A stretch of 64,000 nucleotides of DNA, from positions 1-64,000 of the IMG/VR virus record IMGVR_UViG_3300046513_000348. One strand, written 5' to 3'. Under the pieces are notes generated by a model that worked only from the letters and a program-made list of their open reading frames with translations, had not been told where the DNA came from and searched no databases. Each line of letters opens with the position of its first letter. Positions within the stretch are counted from its first letter, which is position 1. This document shows positions 20,114 through 28,281 of the stretch, piece by piece. The position numbers were made by a program, and so were the translations under genes.

Positions 20114-21525
20114 TTGTCACCCGACTTCGTGTCTTCGTATTCGTTGACCGAGGTCGTGGCGATGAGTGCCACTTGCGTCTTGTTGATGTAGTCCGAGACT
20201 GCCTTGAAGAACTTCTTGGAGATCTCGTCCGAGGTCGACAGGGAGGTCAGCACCTTGTCCACGTTTTCACGGGTGGTGTAGAGCTCGCCGTCTTCCTCGA
20301 TGGCCTTGATGTAGTGCGAGTACTGGCGCAGACGGGATGCCAGCGCCAGCTGGCTGATGTAGGCCAGACGTTTGCGTTCGTCTGCATCGGCGCCGAGAGC
20401 AGCGTGGACGGCTGCCTGGATCTCGTTAATCCACTTCTCGCCGGAGTCGAACCATTCGCGCAGGCTCGGCGTATGCAGGTGCAACTTAACGCCTTCGCCG
20501 ATATCGACCACGGTGTTCTGGTTGAACACGAAGCCATCGCGGTAGTCCTTGACGGTCTTCAGGGTCATCGGCTGTTCGATGCGCTTCACCATGTGCGACA
20601 GCTGAGCGTCGTTGAACATGTTCGCGTCCATGAACAGCGACTTGCGCACGTCGATCAGCTGTTTGACTTCGCCCTTCGGCAGCTTGGTATCTTCGGTGAA
20701 GACCGAGCGCTTCAGTGGGAAACCATTCGGATAGACGGCCGTTGCCACCGAGTGGGCGATCAGCGGCATGTCGTTGATGGTGATGTGGTCCGACAGGTTT
20801 TCGATCGGCAGATCCGACACGGTGGTCTCGACCAGCGAACCGACCCAGTGCTGATAGATCGCACGAGCCGTGAACACCTGGTTGTTCGAGAACAGCAGGC
20901 CGTGGGTCTTGCGACCGAGCTTGACGGTTTCAGCCAGCACTTCACGCCACATCGAGATGATCTCGTCTTCACCCAGTGGCTTGACCGTGGCGTAGAAGCC
21001 CGATGCCATCAGGGGAACCTGCACCGGCGAACCCAGGCCGAGCTTGGCACGGATCGACAGCTGCAGACGTTCGGAGCTCATCTTGGCGCCGCGGCCCTTG
21101 TTGGTGAACTTGGGGCGACCGATGTTGATGTTGCTGCCGGCGAACGACAGGGTGTTACGCCAGGATGCGTTTGGGTTGGCCAGTGCATCTTCGAAAATGC
21201 CGTGAGCCGGATGCGAAACGAAACCGCTCAGCAGGTTCTGATACCAGCTGACCGAATCTTCGCTGATGTCGACTTCACCGATCTTGGAGGATTCCAGATC
21301 GGCATTGACGGCATCGGCGGTGTCCGGCAGAACCGGGACCATGATGTCCTGGAACTTGTCGGCCTGCTCGTCGGTCATGTCGGTGACGACTGGCGCCTTG
21401 ATTTCGTAGTTCTTGTCTTGCTTGGGGACGACTGCGGACTGCGGGTCCACCGAAAGAGGGGTATCTTCCGGCAGACTCAGGTCCACGTCATCGCCGTTCG
21501 GATGATCTTCAGGAGCGACGGACAT
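20008..21525 (-). CDS. Conserved phiKZ-like protein, probable tail/baseplate assembly chaperone (T4 gp26 / lambda G-like)
   Basis: 505 aa, acidic N-terminus, AAGGA RBS; function inferred from pairing with the downstream ORF. Confidence 0.5.
   Translation of the reverse strand: MSVAPEDHPNGDDVDLSLPEDTPLSVDPQSAVVPKQDKNYEIKAPVVTDMTDEQADKFQDIMVPVLPDTADAVNADLESSKIGEVDISEDSVSWYQNLLSGFVSHPAHGIFEDALANPNASWRNTLSFAGSNINIGRPKFTNKGRGAKMSSERLQLSIRAKLGLGSPVQVPLMASGFYATVKPLGEDEIISMWREVLAETVKLGRKTHGLLFSNNQVFTARAIYQHWVGSLVETTVSDLPIENLSDHITINDMPLIAHSVATAVYPNGFPLKRSVFTEDTKLPKGEVKQLIDVRKSLFMDANMFNDAQLSHMVKRIEQPMTLKTVKDYRDGFVFNQNTVVDIGEGVKLHLHTPSLREWFDSGEKWINEIQAAVHAALGADADERKRLAYISQLALASRLRQYSHYIKAIEEDGELYTTRENVDKVLTSLSTSDEISKKFFKAVSDYINKTQVALIATTSVNEYEDTKSGDKWPRLIPIDSISVFFQLVEQKLHGITSRSLEDTSD
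20071..20078 (-). promoter_or_regulatory. Candidate -1 slippery site (U8)
   Basis: GTT TTT TTT CAG in the 0 frame; the -1 frame is open to 19565. Confidence 0.5.
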
Positions 21526-21534
21526 GTTGGTTCC

Positions 21535-22305
21535 TTACATGTTGGGACGGATCAGGCCGTGGCGCGTCGCCGGGTCAGCCTGGACTTCTTCGGTAGCGGC
21601 CGTATCGGCGACTTCCACGGCGGCGAGTTCATCGACCGGCGATGCGACGTTGGTCTGGCCACGAGCCGCGATGTTTTCGGCGACTTCAGCCGGAACGATC
21701 AGGTCGGCGATGGTCGCCGGCAGTTCTTCTTCTTTCTTGACTTCGGTGAACTCGACGTCGGACACGACTTTCACGTCGACCATTTTGGCCTGGGCATCGG
21801 CAATCGTGGTCTTGGCCAGTTCGTCCTTGGCGTCCAGCAGCTGCTTCAGTGCCTTGTTGAAAATGGCGTTGAGCTCTTCGATGATCGGCTGGTAGGTGGA
21901 GAAGAAGTCGGTGTCGAAGGCCTGGTACATGTCGAAGATGCGGTAGGCTTCTTCCAGTTCCTTGACGCTCAGGCACAGCTTGTTCTTGTCCTTGTGCAGG
22001 TTCCACAGCGACTCGAAGTCGGCGCCGGTGACCACTGCCTTTTCCTGCAACAGTTTTTGCAGTTCATTGAAGCGCGCCGTATCGCCGTTCTTCGAGATCT
22101 TCAGCAGCACGATCGGGTGTGCGTACTGGACCATGCGGTGGGCCAGCTGTTCGATGTACTGCTGGGTACGGCCGTGGACGATCTTCAGCTCGAACCAGGC
22201 ACGAGTGGTTTTCTCGCGAACGACGCGTGCGGACTGCTTCTTGCCGCCAGCGGCTTCGTGGGCTGCTGCGTCTTTTGCGCGGCGGGACATGGATTTACGG
22301 GTCAT
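21535..22305 (-). CDS. Hypothetical coiled-coil protein
   Basis: 256 aa, strong codon bias, AAGGA RBS. Confidence 0.75.
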   Translation of the reverse strand: MTRKSMSRRAKDAAAHEAAGGKKQSARVVREKTTRAWFELKIVHGRTQQYIEQLAHRMVQYAHPIVLLKISKNGDTARFNELQKLLQEKAVVTGADFESLWNLHKDKNKLCLSVKELEEAYRIFDMYQAFDTDFFSTYQPIIEELNAIFNKALKQLLDAKDELAKTTIADAQAKMVDVKVVSDVEFTEVKKEEELPATIADLIVPAEVAENIAARGQTNVASPVDELAAVEVADTAATEEVQADPATRHGLIRPNM

Positions 22306-22423
22306 GACTGGATAATCCTTTGTAATGGATTGAAGAGAATTCGTTCAGACGATAGGTTCATTCACATAAAAAAATACTTATTTATGTTCTTGAGAGATCT
22401 TCTGGACAAACAAGGAGAAACTT

Positions 22424-23314
22424 ATGCTCGACGAGAGCCTTGACAACTTTCTGGAAACTTCGCTGACGGCGGAGCGTTACAAACTATACGTCGATGTCAT
22501 TTCCTATCTGGAAAGCATAGAATACAGCACGATCCAGGATGAACTCCTGAATCTGGCATTCTCGTCTATCAGTGACGAAGATGACAACCACGACAAACCG
22601 GACTCCCTGATCTGCGACGAAATGCATGCGCATCTCATCCAGGTTCTGGTATCCCAGCTGCGCGTCAACGGCGTGACTATCTCGGAAGAGACCACGCTGA
22701 AAGATACCTACGATCTGGCAGTGGGCATTGCTCACATCGTTGGTCATGAAGACGTGGCGAGTATTCTGGCTACGGCTGGTAACGACGAAGGTCCGATCGA
22801 TCAGTTGGCAGAAATCCTGCATCTGGTCACGACCGTCGCTACCGAACACTGGCTGACGATGATCGATGAGGTTTCTCCTCAGCTGATCAAACGCATCGTG
22901 GAGCTGGCAAACCGTACCGTCGATGCCGAGTATCAAGAGATGGAAGCCACGGCTGAATATTTACAGAAGCTGCGTATCTATTCCGAGTTCGCCCACAACG
23001 CGGGCCGTGATCTGAAGTGCTTCGATCTGGTCGAGACCAACATCCTTGGCCGGGACTTCACTTTCTACATCAACGGAGGTACGATCAACGAACTGTTCGA
23101 AGGCAACGAGATGGAGCGCCTGGCCCTCGAGCTCTACGGTATGGCATTGATGTCGGCCGATGCAAAGGACGATCCACCGGCGGCAGTTCGTGCCATCATC
23201 GAGCAGTATCTTTCCGACACGACTCGTATCGTGAAACTCAATAACGAAATCACCAAGATCAATTCGACCTTCGTGAAATTTTTTCAAACCACCACCAAGG
23301 GATTGACCTCCTAA
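22424..23314 (+). CDS. Conserved acidic protein (phiKZ gp79-like by position)
   Basis: 296 aa, AAGGAG RBS, directly upstream of the virion RNAP subunit. Confidence 0.55.
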   Translation: MLDESLDNFLETSLTAERYKLYVDVISYLESIEYSTIQDELLNLAFSSISDEDDNHDKPDSLICDEMHAHLIQVLVSQLRVNGVTISEETTLKDTYDLAVGIAHIVGHEDVASILATAGNDEGPIDQLAEILHLVTTVATEHWLTMIDEVSPQLIKRIVELANRTVDAEYQEMEATAEYLQKLRIYSEFAHNAGRDLKCFDLVETNILGRDFTFYINGGTINELFEGNEMERLALELYGMALMSADAKDDPPAAVRAIIEQYLSDTTRIVKLNNEITKINSTFVKFFQTTTKGLTS

Positions 23315-23315
23315 A

Positions 23316-24614
23316 ATGGACAAGCGAGACTTTTTCATGCAATGCATGAAACAAGGCAAATATAAATACAAACCATGGGTTCTCCGCGCCTTCTCTCTGG
23401 TGCGGGAAACCAAGACGGTTGAGAATATTGAGTTCTTCGATATTCTCCAGACCCCAGCCGGTTTCTTCTACAAGGATCCGGAAACGAAAGGTCTTGAACC
23501 GATTACTGGCATGGGCATCGTGGCAGGTAAGCCGATGTTCAACGCCAAAGAAAAACTGACCATTCGTAAAGGCGAGTTGCCAGGAGTGGATAAGGACATC
23601 GAAACCGATTACGGCCGCGTCCTCTACTTCTTCGTGATCTTCGACTACTCATTCGGTACGAAGGTTCCATTCCAGAACAAAGCGCTGAACATGCGTGCGT
23701 TCGAAGATGAACTGGCTTCTCGTCTGGACGACGATGTGGCTCCTGGTCAACAGGAAAAGCTGGATCGCTTCTATCCGCGTGAACTGATCAAGTACTACGA
23801 GGCAATGGCGTATAGCCGTGGCCTTGCGATGCTATTCGTTCCTGCGGCTTCGCCTAAGTCAATGACTGTGTCGAAGGAAGTCCTCAAGCGGCGCGATGAA
23901 TTGTTCAATGATCCGAAGATCGATCTGAATAACCAGGCTGTTGCCGCTGCGGTTGAGAACGAACTCATGGCCCTGGACAAGAAGACCTTCGAGGGCGATC
24001 CGGCTTCCGGTTACCTGATCAGTAAGAAGAACTGGGCATCTCGTAAGAAGTGCTTCATCTCCTTCGGTTCGGGTGCCAGCCTGACGCCTGATTCCCAGAC
24101 CGCTTATGTCAAGATGAGTCTGGATGAAGGAACGGACATCAGTCAGTTCAAAGACTACAACGACGAGATGCGTACGGGCTCCTACAAGCGTGGTGTGGAA
24201 ACCATGTTCGGTGGTGAACTCGATAAGTGGCTCGTTCGAGAGTCGTCCAACATCCGTGTCGACTTCACGGACTGTGGTAGCACTGTCGGTATTCCTGACA
24301 CTGTTACCGACTTCAACAAGGTTTCGTTCATCGGAAAATACATCGTGGCTGGCAAACAACCACTGAAGTTGACCGAGGACAACATCGGAACTTATATGGG
24401 TAAGGTCGTTTTGCGGCGATCACCAGCTGCTTGCTGGACCGGCGCGCCTGACTACTGTCACGTATGTTTGGGCGACAGACTTTCCATGAACCCCGATGCA
24501 ATTTCCATCGCATTCTCCCAATACGGACACGACTTCATGGGCGAATCGATGAGCGCGATGCACGGCAAGGCTTTGGCTATTGCCCGCATGGATTTCCATT
24601 CCGAAGTTTCTTAA
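23316..24614 (+). CDS. rpoC: Virion RNA polymerase beta'-like subunit (phiKZ gp80-like)
   Basis: beta' motifs DCGS, RSPAAC...CHVCLG (Zn site) and trigger-loop-like MSAMH. Confidence 0.85.
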   Translation: MDKRDFFMQCMKQGKYKYKPWVLRAFSLVRETKTVENIEFFDILQTPAGFFYKDPETKGLEPITGMGIVAGKPMFNAKEKLTIRKGELPGVDKDIETDYGRVLYFFVIFDYSFGTKVPFQNKALNMRAFEDELASRLDDDVAPGQQEKLDRFYPRELIKYYEAMAYSRGLAMLFVPAASPKSMTVSKEVLKRRDELFNDPKIDLNNQAVAAAVENELMALDKKTFEGDPASGYLISKKNWASRKKCFISFGSGASLTPDSQTAYVKMSLDEGTDISQFKDYNDEMRTGSYKRGVETMFGGELDKWLVRESSNIRVDFTDCGSTVGIPDTVTDFNKVSFIGKYIVAGKQPLKLTEDNIGTYMGKVVLRRSPAACWTGAPDYCHVCLGDRLSMNPDAISIAFSQYGHDFMGESMSAMHGKALAIARMDFHSEVS

Positions 24615-24629
24615 CAGGAGTTTACACTC

Positions 24630-25436
24630 ATGAGCACTGCAAAAGACCAGTCGACCGAAATCAACAAGGCCGACACCACCACGACCACGACCGCTACCAC
24701 CGCCTCGGGCGACAGCAAGGGCGAGCAGCAGACCATCACCTCCAGCGATGTTGGCGATCTGAACGCAGTCCTGGGTGCCGCTGCTACCGAGCAGAAGGCT
24801 CCGGAACCGACCGGCGTGACCACCACCCAGCGCACCGTCGTGCAACAACCTGCTGCCAAGGTCCAGGGCGTTCAGACCGCCGCCGCCAAGCCTGCTACGC
24901 CGGCGCCTGCTCCGGTTGTCAAGACCGTCGCAACCGGCGTGACGGTGACCGACACTGCCCCTGTGGCCGACGAGCAACTGCCGGAAGTCGTGGAGGCACT
25001 GAAGGTCGGCAAGATGCAAACCAACGCCGCCATGCACGACATCCTGAACTACGTGCAGGACATGCATCCGGGCAAGCCGCAAAGCGCCGCTTCGATTGAA
25101 GCCAACCAGCTGAAACTGCTGAACGCGCTGTACACGATCGTGATCTCCGAAGACACGAACTTCGCGACCGTGTTCAAAGGCGTCATCGCCATCGTGCGTC
25201 GTCACCGCAACGACTGCTTCAAGGTCACCATGCGTAACCGCGGCCTGAACACCGTGAGCATGGCAACGATCGACAACAAGAACATGCGCTTCCTGACCCG
25301 TCTCGTCGACACCCTGTTCGTCGCCTCGGGCCTGAAAGACATGTCGACCGTGAAACAACACGTCGACATGAAGAAGCTGTTCGAAGCGATCGCCAACGTG
25401 CGTGCCAAGCAGAACCTGACCGCCTTCTTCTCCTAA
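24630..25436 (+). CDS. Hypothetical protein with Thr/Ala/Pro-rich N-terminal half
   Basis: 268 aa, CAGGAG RBS, strongly biased codons suggesting high expression. Confidence 0.75.
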   Translation: MSTAKDQSTEINKADTTTTTTATTASGDSKGEQQTITSSDVGDLNAVLGAAATEQKAPEPTGVTTTQRTVVQQPAAKVQGVQTAAAKPATPAPAPVVKTVATGVTVTDTAPVADEQLPEVVEALKVGKMQTNAAMHDILNYVQDMHPGKPQSAASIEANQLKLLNALYTIVISEDTNFATVFKGVIAIVRRHRNDCFKVTMRNRGLNTVSMATIDNKNMRFLTRLVDTLFVASGLKDMSTVKQHVDMKKLFEAIANVRAKQNLTAFFS

Positions 25437-25453
25437 TCGAGAACATAGCGTCA

Positions 25454-25491
25454 TAGATACTCCTACCGCCTCACGGCGGTAGGAGTATCTA
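25454..25491. terminator. Bidirectional hairpin terminator
   Basis: 17-bp perfect stem, TCAC/GTGA loop, between convergent genes. Confidence 0.8.
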
Positions 25492-25502
25492 CTTATGCTG
25501 TC

Positions 25503-26438
25503 TTAACGACGCTTCTTGCGGGTAACACGCTTCGCACGTTGCCGGCGATTCTTCTCGTGTTCCAGCTGGTCCTTGCGGGCCTGTGCTGCGAAGTTGGTAC
25601 GCTCGGTTTCCTGCATGATGTCCGAGTAGGTCACGTCGATGGCATTCTGATAGAAGTCACGACGGAACTTTTCATTCGGGATCAGCTCGTTCGTACCCAG
25701 CAGGTCGAACGGCAGCATCGATGCTTCCTTCGCGCCCTTCGACAGGAATTGCGTGAAGTAGCGAACGATTGCAATCGACATACCCTCGCAACGATCGTTG
25801 TAGTGGATATGACCCTTGTGACGGTACAGGACGCCGTTCAGGCCGTTCAACTTGTAGTACTTCTCGCAGATCTTGATCAGGTCGAGTGCGATCGCCTGGA
25901 GGCCTTTGCCGCCGGAGTACTCGGTGATTGCCTGGGCCACCACATTCATCAGCATCCATTGGTAAGTCGCCACGTAGGTTTCGACACGACCCTGGATCAT
26001 GGAACGACCATTGTATTCCACGAGAGCCTTCTCGAGTTCTTGCAGGACGTTCTTGCCGAAAGTGAACACCGACCAGCGATGGACTTTGCCAGCTTGCAGA
26101 AGACGGTCAACGACAGCCAGGAAGCGGTTGAATTCTTCTTCCTGCTTGATGCGACGCCGGTTGACGGTAGTGTTGGCGTCGACTTCAGCGAATTCGACAT
26201 TGCGACGCTCGGCGCGGTTGGCGGGACCGTTCTCGGTGAACCATTGTTCGTAGGTACCGGAGTAGCCTTTCTTTTTCGCAGCTTCGTAGGAAAGCCGGAA
26301 GGATTCGTCGAAGTTCGACTTGCGGTCGATAGGGCCAGTCTTGGGGCGCGTCTTGCGCTGATTCCAGATCAGGCCGAGGATTACCAGGATTACCAGCACT
26401 GCGACGAGGAGTGCTCGGAAGTCTTGAAAGATGGTCAT
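25503..26438 (-). CDS. Membrane-anchored hypothetical protein
   Basis: N-terminal TM helix ALLVAVLVILVILGLIW followed by basic residues; basic C-terminal tail. Confidence 0.7.
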   Translation of the reverse strand: MTIFQDFRALLVAVLVILVILGLIWNQRKTRPKTGPIDRKSNFDESFRLSYEAAKKKGYSGTYEQWFTENGPANRAERRNVEFAEVDANTTVNRRRIKQEEEFNRFLAVVDRLLQAGKVHRWSVFTFGKNVLQELEKALVEYNGRSMIQGRVETYVATYQWMLMNVVAQAITEYSGGKGLQAIALDLIKICEKYYKLNGLNGVLYRHKGHIHYNDRCEGMSIAIVRYFTQFLSKGAKEASMLPFDLLGTNELIPNEKFRRDFYQNAIDVTYSDIMQETERTNFAAQARKDQLEHEKNRRQRAKRVTRKKRR

Positions 26439-26451
26439 TTCATTTTCTCAC

Positions 26452-26853
26452 TTAGGAAGGAATATAAGTCATTACGACATGTCGGATGCCACCGTCACCA
26501 TTTGTTGAGGTTACAGGTACCAATTGAAGATCTTCCGCCTTGAAGATTACCAAAGCGGTAAGACCGGCCTTATCGTTTTCGAAGGACAAGTCCGTGTAAA
26601 AGCGACCATCCTTCTCAACGATTTCCCCGATGCTAATTAAGCCATCGAGTTCTTTCTTCTCCGGGTTTTTCTGCCGGATGTATTGCTGAATCATCTCAGC
26701 AACTTTCGTTTTGCGATCAGTGCGATTGAAGAACTGGATCAACTCTCGCCATTTGTCCAGTTCGATCTCATATTCCGGAGGGAAGAACAAAGGAACGTCC
26801 CTTACCGTTTTGTGAGTGTTCTTGGTTATGTTCAAAAGTTGATCCAAGCTCAT
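26452..26853 (-). CDS. Hypothetical protein
   Basis: 133 aa, 3 nt downstream of the ACP-like gene. Confidence 0.7.
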   Translation of the reverse strand: MSLDQLLNITKNTHKTVRDVPLFFPPEYEIELDKWRELIQFFNRTDRKTKVAEMIQQYIRQKNPEKKELDGLISIGEIVEKDGRFYTDLSFENDKAGLTALVIFKAEDLQLVPVTSTNGDGGIRHVVMTYIPS

Positions 26854-26856
26854 TTC

Positions 26857-27132
26857 TTATCCCTGATTCATGAGTGCAATAAGTTTTTCGAAGAACTGCT
26901 TCCAGGTGGGGAAGTGTTCATCGGGAATGGAGATTTCGAGTTGTTCCTCGAGCTCCGTCGTAATATCCATGTAGTCCAGCGAGTCCACGGAGTCCGTCAA
27001 ATTCTTTTCGAGGAATGCGCAGAACTCTTCGCTGTTATCTACAGCAGACTTGCGCACAACCTTCGGGTCATAAGACGAGACAACCAGGACCAGGACTCGT
27101 CGCGCGCGCTGCGCATTCGTTGCCGTTGGCAT
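26857..27132 (-). CDS. Acyl carrier protein-like protein
   Basis: 91 aa, acidic; DSLDYMDITTELEEQLEISIPDE matches the ACP signature DSLDxxELxxxLEExFxIxIPDE; GAGG RBS. Confidence 0.75.
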   Translation of the reverse strand: MPTATNAQRARRVLVLVVSSYDPKVVRKSAVDNSEEFCAFLEKNLTDSVDSLDYMDITTELEEQLEISIPDEHFPTWKQFFEKLIALMNQG

Positions 27133-27237
27133 TTTGGAACCTCGTACGTTGTAAAAAGTGGGTGGGTGTCTTCACATGAAAACCATAGTAAATGAAAAAA
27201 AATTTCCCCACGGTAACAAAATGGCAGCATAAGTCCA

Positions 27238-27265
27238 CTCCAGGATACCCTGAGGTATCCTGGAG
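27238..27265 (-). terminator. Hairpin terminator or processing stem
   Basis: 12-bp perfect stem CTCCAGGATACC / GGTATCCTGGAG. Confidence 0.65.
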
Positions 27266-27275
27266 CTTCCTCTTT

Positions 27276-27590
27276 ATCTGAACTCCCGTGTCGGCCCAAT
27301 TGGCCCCGCGGTCAGCCGCATCCAGCACAAAGGCAGGCGCGAGCAGCAGGCGGAGGCAAGGCAGTCACTGACTCTCCAGTAGTGGCTGGAGAGTCGCTAG
27401 GCGATTGGCGGCCTAATCGGAGAGGCGGCCCAACCTAGAGCAACACGGCGCGGTATAGGAATCATCATCGAGGACTATCCTACCCGCAAACGTACACGGG
27501 AGTTTCGTGGGCCTTTCACCCAACCGTAACAGAGACTACCCGCCGGGTAATCGCGCTACGTTTCCGGACTTGAACCGGTCATCAGCAGAT
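27276..27590 (-). ncRNA. Candidate structured ncRNA with a hammerhead-like core
   Basis: No credible ORF; nested helices, four with G-U wobbles on the minus strand; CUGAUGA, GAAAC, 10-bp stem III, GUU and 5-bp stem I in type I hammerhead order. Confidence 0.6.
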
Positions 27591-27592
27591 TT

Positions 27593-27967
27593 CTAGCTTA
27601 TCACTACGAGTGGCAGAATACCGTATCCCCAATTCGGCGCCACAACCGCAGCGATTGCAAATGCGACCTTGCAGATCACATGGAATAACTGGTCTTCCTT
27701 GAACGTAATGAAGTTCCGGCATTTCGCATCGTCGATGAGGAAGTGCAGGAACAGTTCTACGAGACCCAACCACAGGCTTCCCGTAATGAACCAGACGCCG
27801 CCTGCATGGATGACACTGTGCCAGAAGAGAACAATGTACCAGTCAATGCCAGGGAACGGCGTATTACGATTCTTGGCTTTCGCCAGGAAGTCGTTTTGGA
27901 GGGGATAGTCGGCGAGTGCGTGCCAGAACATCAGGGCAGCAAACACCACGAAGAACGGATACATCAC
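27593..27967 (-). CDS. DUF3307-family membrane protein
   Basis: HALADYPLQ...HSVIH...LHFLIDDAK His/Asp pattern in TM helices; GAGGTGA RBS. Confidence 0.8.
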   Translation of the reverse strand: MMYPFFVVFAALMFWHALADYPLQNDFLAKAKNRNTPFPGIDWYIVLFWHSVIHAGGVWFITGSLWLGLVELFLHFLIDDAKCRNFITFKEDQLFHVICKVAFAIAAVVAPNWGYGILPLVVIS

Positions 27968-28081
27968 TCACCTCTTGAATAGGTGCCCAAGGTCTTTATC
28001 GGGATTAGCGCTTTGCATGAGACGGACATGTGGGTCTGTGGTTGGGACATGCTCTCTTGCTCGACCTTTGAACGGGCATTG

Positions 28082-28155
28082 TGGAGCGGGAACCGAGAAT
28101 CGAACTCGAGTGGGAGGCTTGGAAGGACTCCGCTTTACCACTAAGCTATCCCCGC
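28082..28155 (-). tRNA. tRNA-Gly (anticodon TCC) with encoded CCA
   Basis: Cloverleaf: acceptor GCGGGGA/TTCCCGC, D arm GCTT/AAGC, anticodon loop CT-TCC-AA, T loop TTCGATT, discriminator U, CCA. Confidence 0.95.
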
Positions 28156-28194
28156 AAAAAAAATGGTGGGAATGTTTTCTAGGCATTCCCACCA
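28156..28194 (-). terminator. Terminator-like hairpin with U8 abutting the tRNA 5' end
   Basis: 11-bp stem TGGTGGGAATG / CATTCCCACCA followed by T8. Confidence 0.6.
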
Positions 28195-28281
28195 AAGCAC
28201 CCAGGCGCTTGCTACGAGGGGCCTTCTCAAGTCCTCGCGCTGGCAGTTCTGGGCAAATTATTAACAGGTTACATTAATTTT

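Noticed and set aside
27470-27590. CAGAGACTAC and ATCAGCAG, resembling group I intron R and Q elements
   Set aside because: They are in the wrong order, the S-like element is on the other strand, and no interrupted gene flanks the region.
27550-27600. GGTTCAAGTCC T-arm suggesting a second tRNA or a permuted tmRNA
   Set aside because: There is no acceptor stem, D arm, CCA or tag reading frame. The hairpin is better explained as part of the larger structured RNA.
27564-27600. Minimal hammerhead using the first GAAAC, or a fluoride riboswitch (GCUGAUGAC)
   Set aside because: No stem I can form with the first GAAAC, and the upstream GGNGAUGG pseudoknot partner of the fluoride motif is absent.
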